Shown piece by piece: positions 34,185 to 34,312 of a DNA stretch of 34,312 nucleotides; the first letter of the stretch is position 1, and each line of letters begins with the position of its first letter. The DNA is taken from positions 1 through 34,312 of the forward strand of contig JBEKWR010000020.1 of the NCBI GenBank assembly GCA_049512935.1. The letters are read 5' to 3'. The translations under genes were made by a program, and so were the position numbers. The DNA is from Candidatus Bathyarchaeia archaeon. GTDB lineage: Archaea; Thermoproteota; Bathyarchaeia; Bathyarchaeales; Bathycorpusculaceae. Under the pieces are notes generated by a model. That model did no database searches. It was not told the origin of the DNA and saw only the letters and a list, made by a program, of their open reading frames with translations.

Positions 34185-34312
34185 TTGAAGACGGAAAACT
34201 ATCTGTCTAATCTTACCGCGGAGGAATTAAGCACGGAAGTCGTTGTTCCGTGGGGCGACAAGCCAGGCTCAAAAATCACCGTGGAAACTGCGTTGACCCA
34301 CATGGTTATCGA
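34185..34312 (+). pseudogene. C-terminal half of a DinB-family protein, lacking its N-terminus; runs off the window
   Basis: LKTENYLSNLTAEELSTEVVVPWGDKPGSKITVETALTHMVI resembles DinB helices 3-4; in-frame TGA just upstream and no room for the N-terminal half after the HIT gene. Confidence 0.6.

Overview
Archaeal chromosomal segment, most likely Bathyarchaeia. This is inferred from the short archaeal-type PurA, TATA-box promoters, Lrp regulator and C-terminal 'FTTHFSTH'-type surface-protein domain. Left arm: metabolic and regulatory genes (bacterial-type PfkA, GT4 glycosyltransferase, flavodoxin, Lrp/AsnC, M20 peptidase) and an intergenic stretch (4307-4452) that folds like an undescribed structured RNA. 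Centre: a 12.3-kb gene for a 4110-aa membrane-anchored surface protein built from about 40 shuffled ~85-95-aa modules. It has a ~200-nt structured leader with a uORF and sits back-to-back with an AT-richer signalling operon (PAS histidine kinase, Rcp1-like receiver, receiver fused to a membrane domain). At 25.0-26.7 kb lies a dense cluster of microproteins, four of them absent from the ORF track: two Zn fingers and a head-to-head pair of paralogous RHH-like proteins, one apparently starting at ACG. Right arm: purA, HtrA protease, DrrAB-like ABC exporter, DUF59 protein, an MFS transporter (probable CTG start), a HIT protein and a truncated DinB fragment. No rRNA, tRNA, CRISPR array or transposase was seen.
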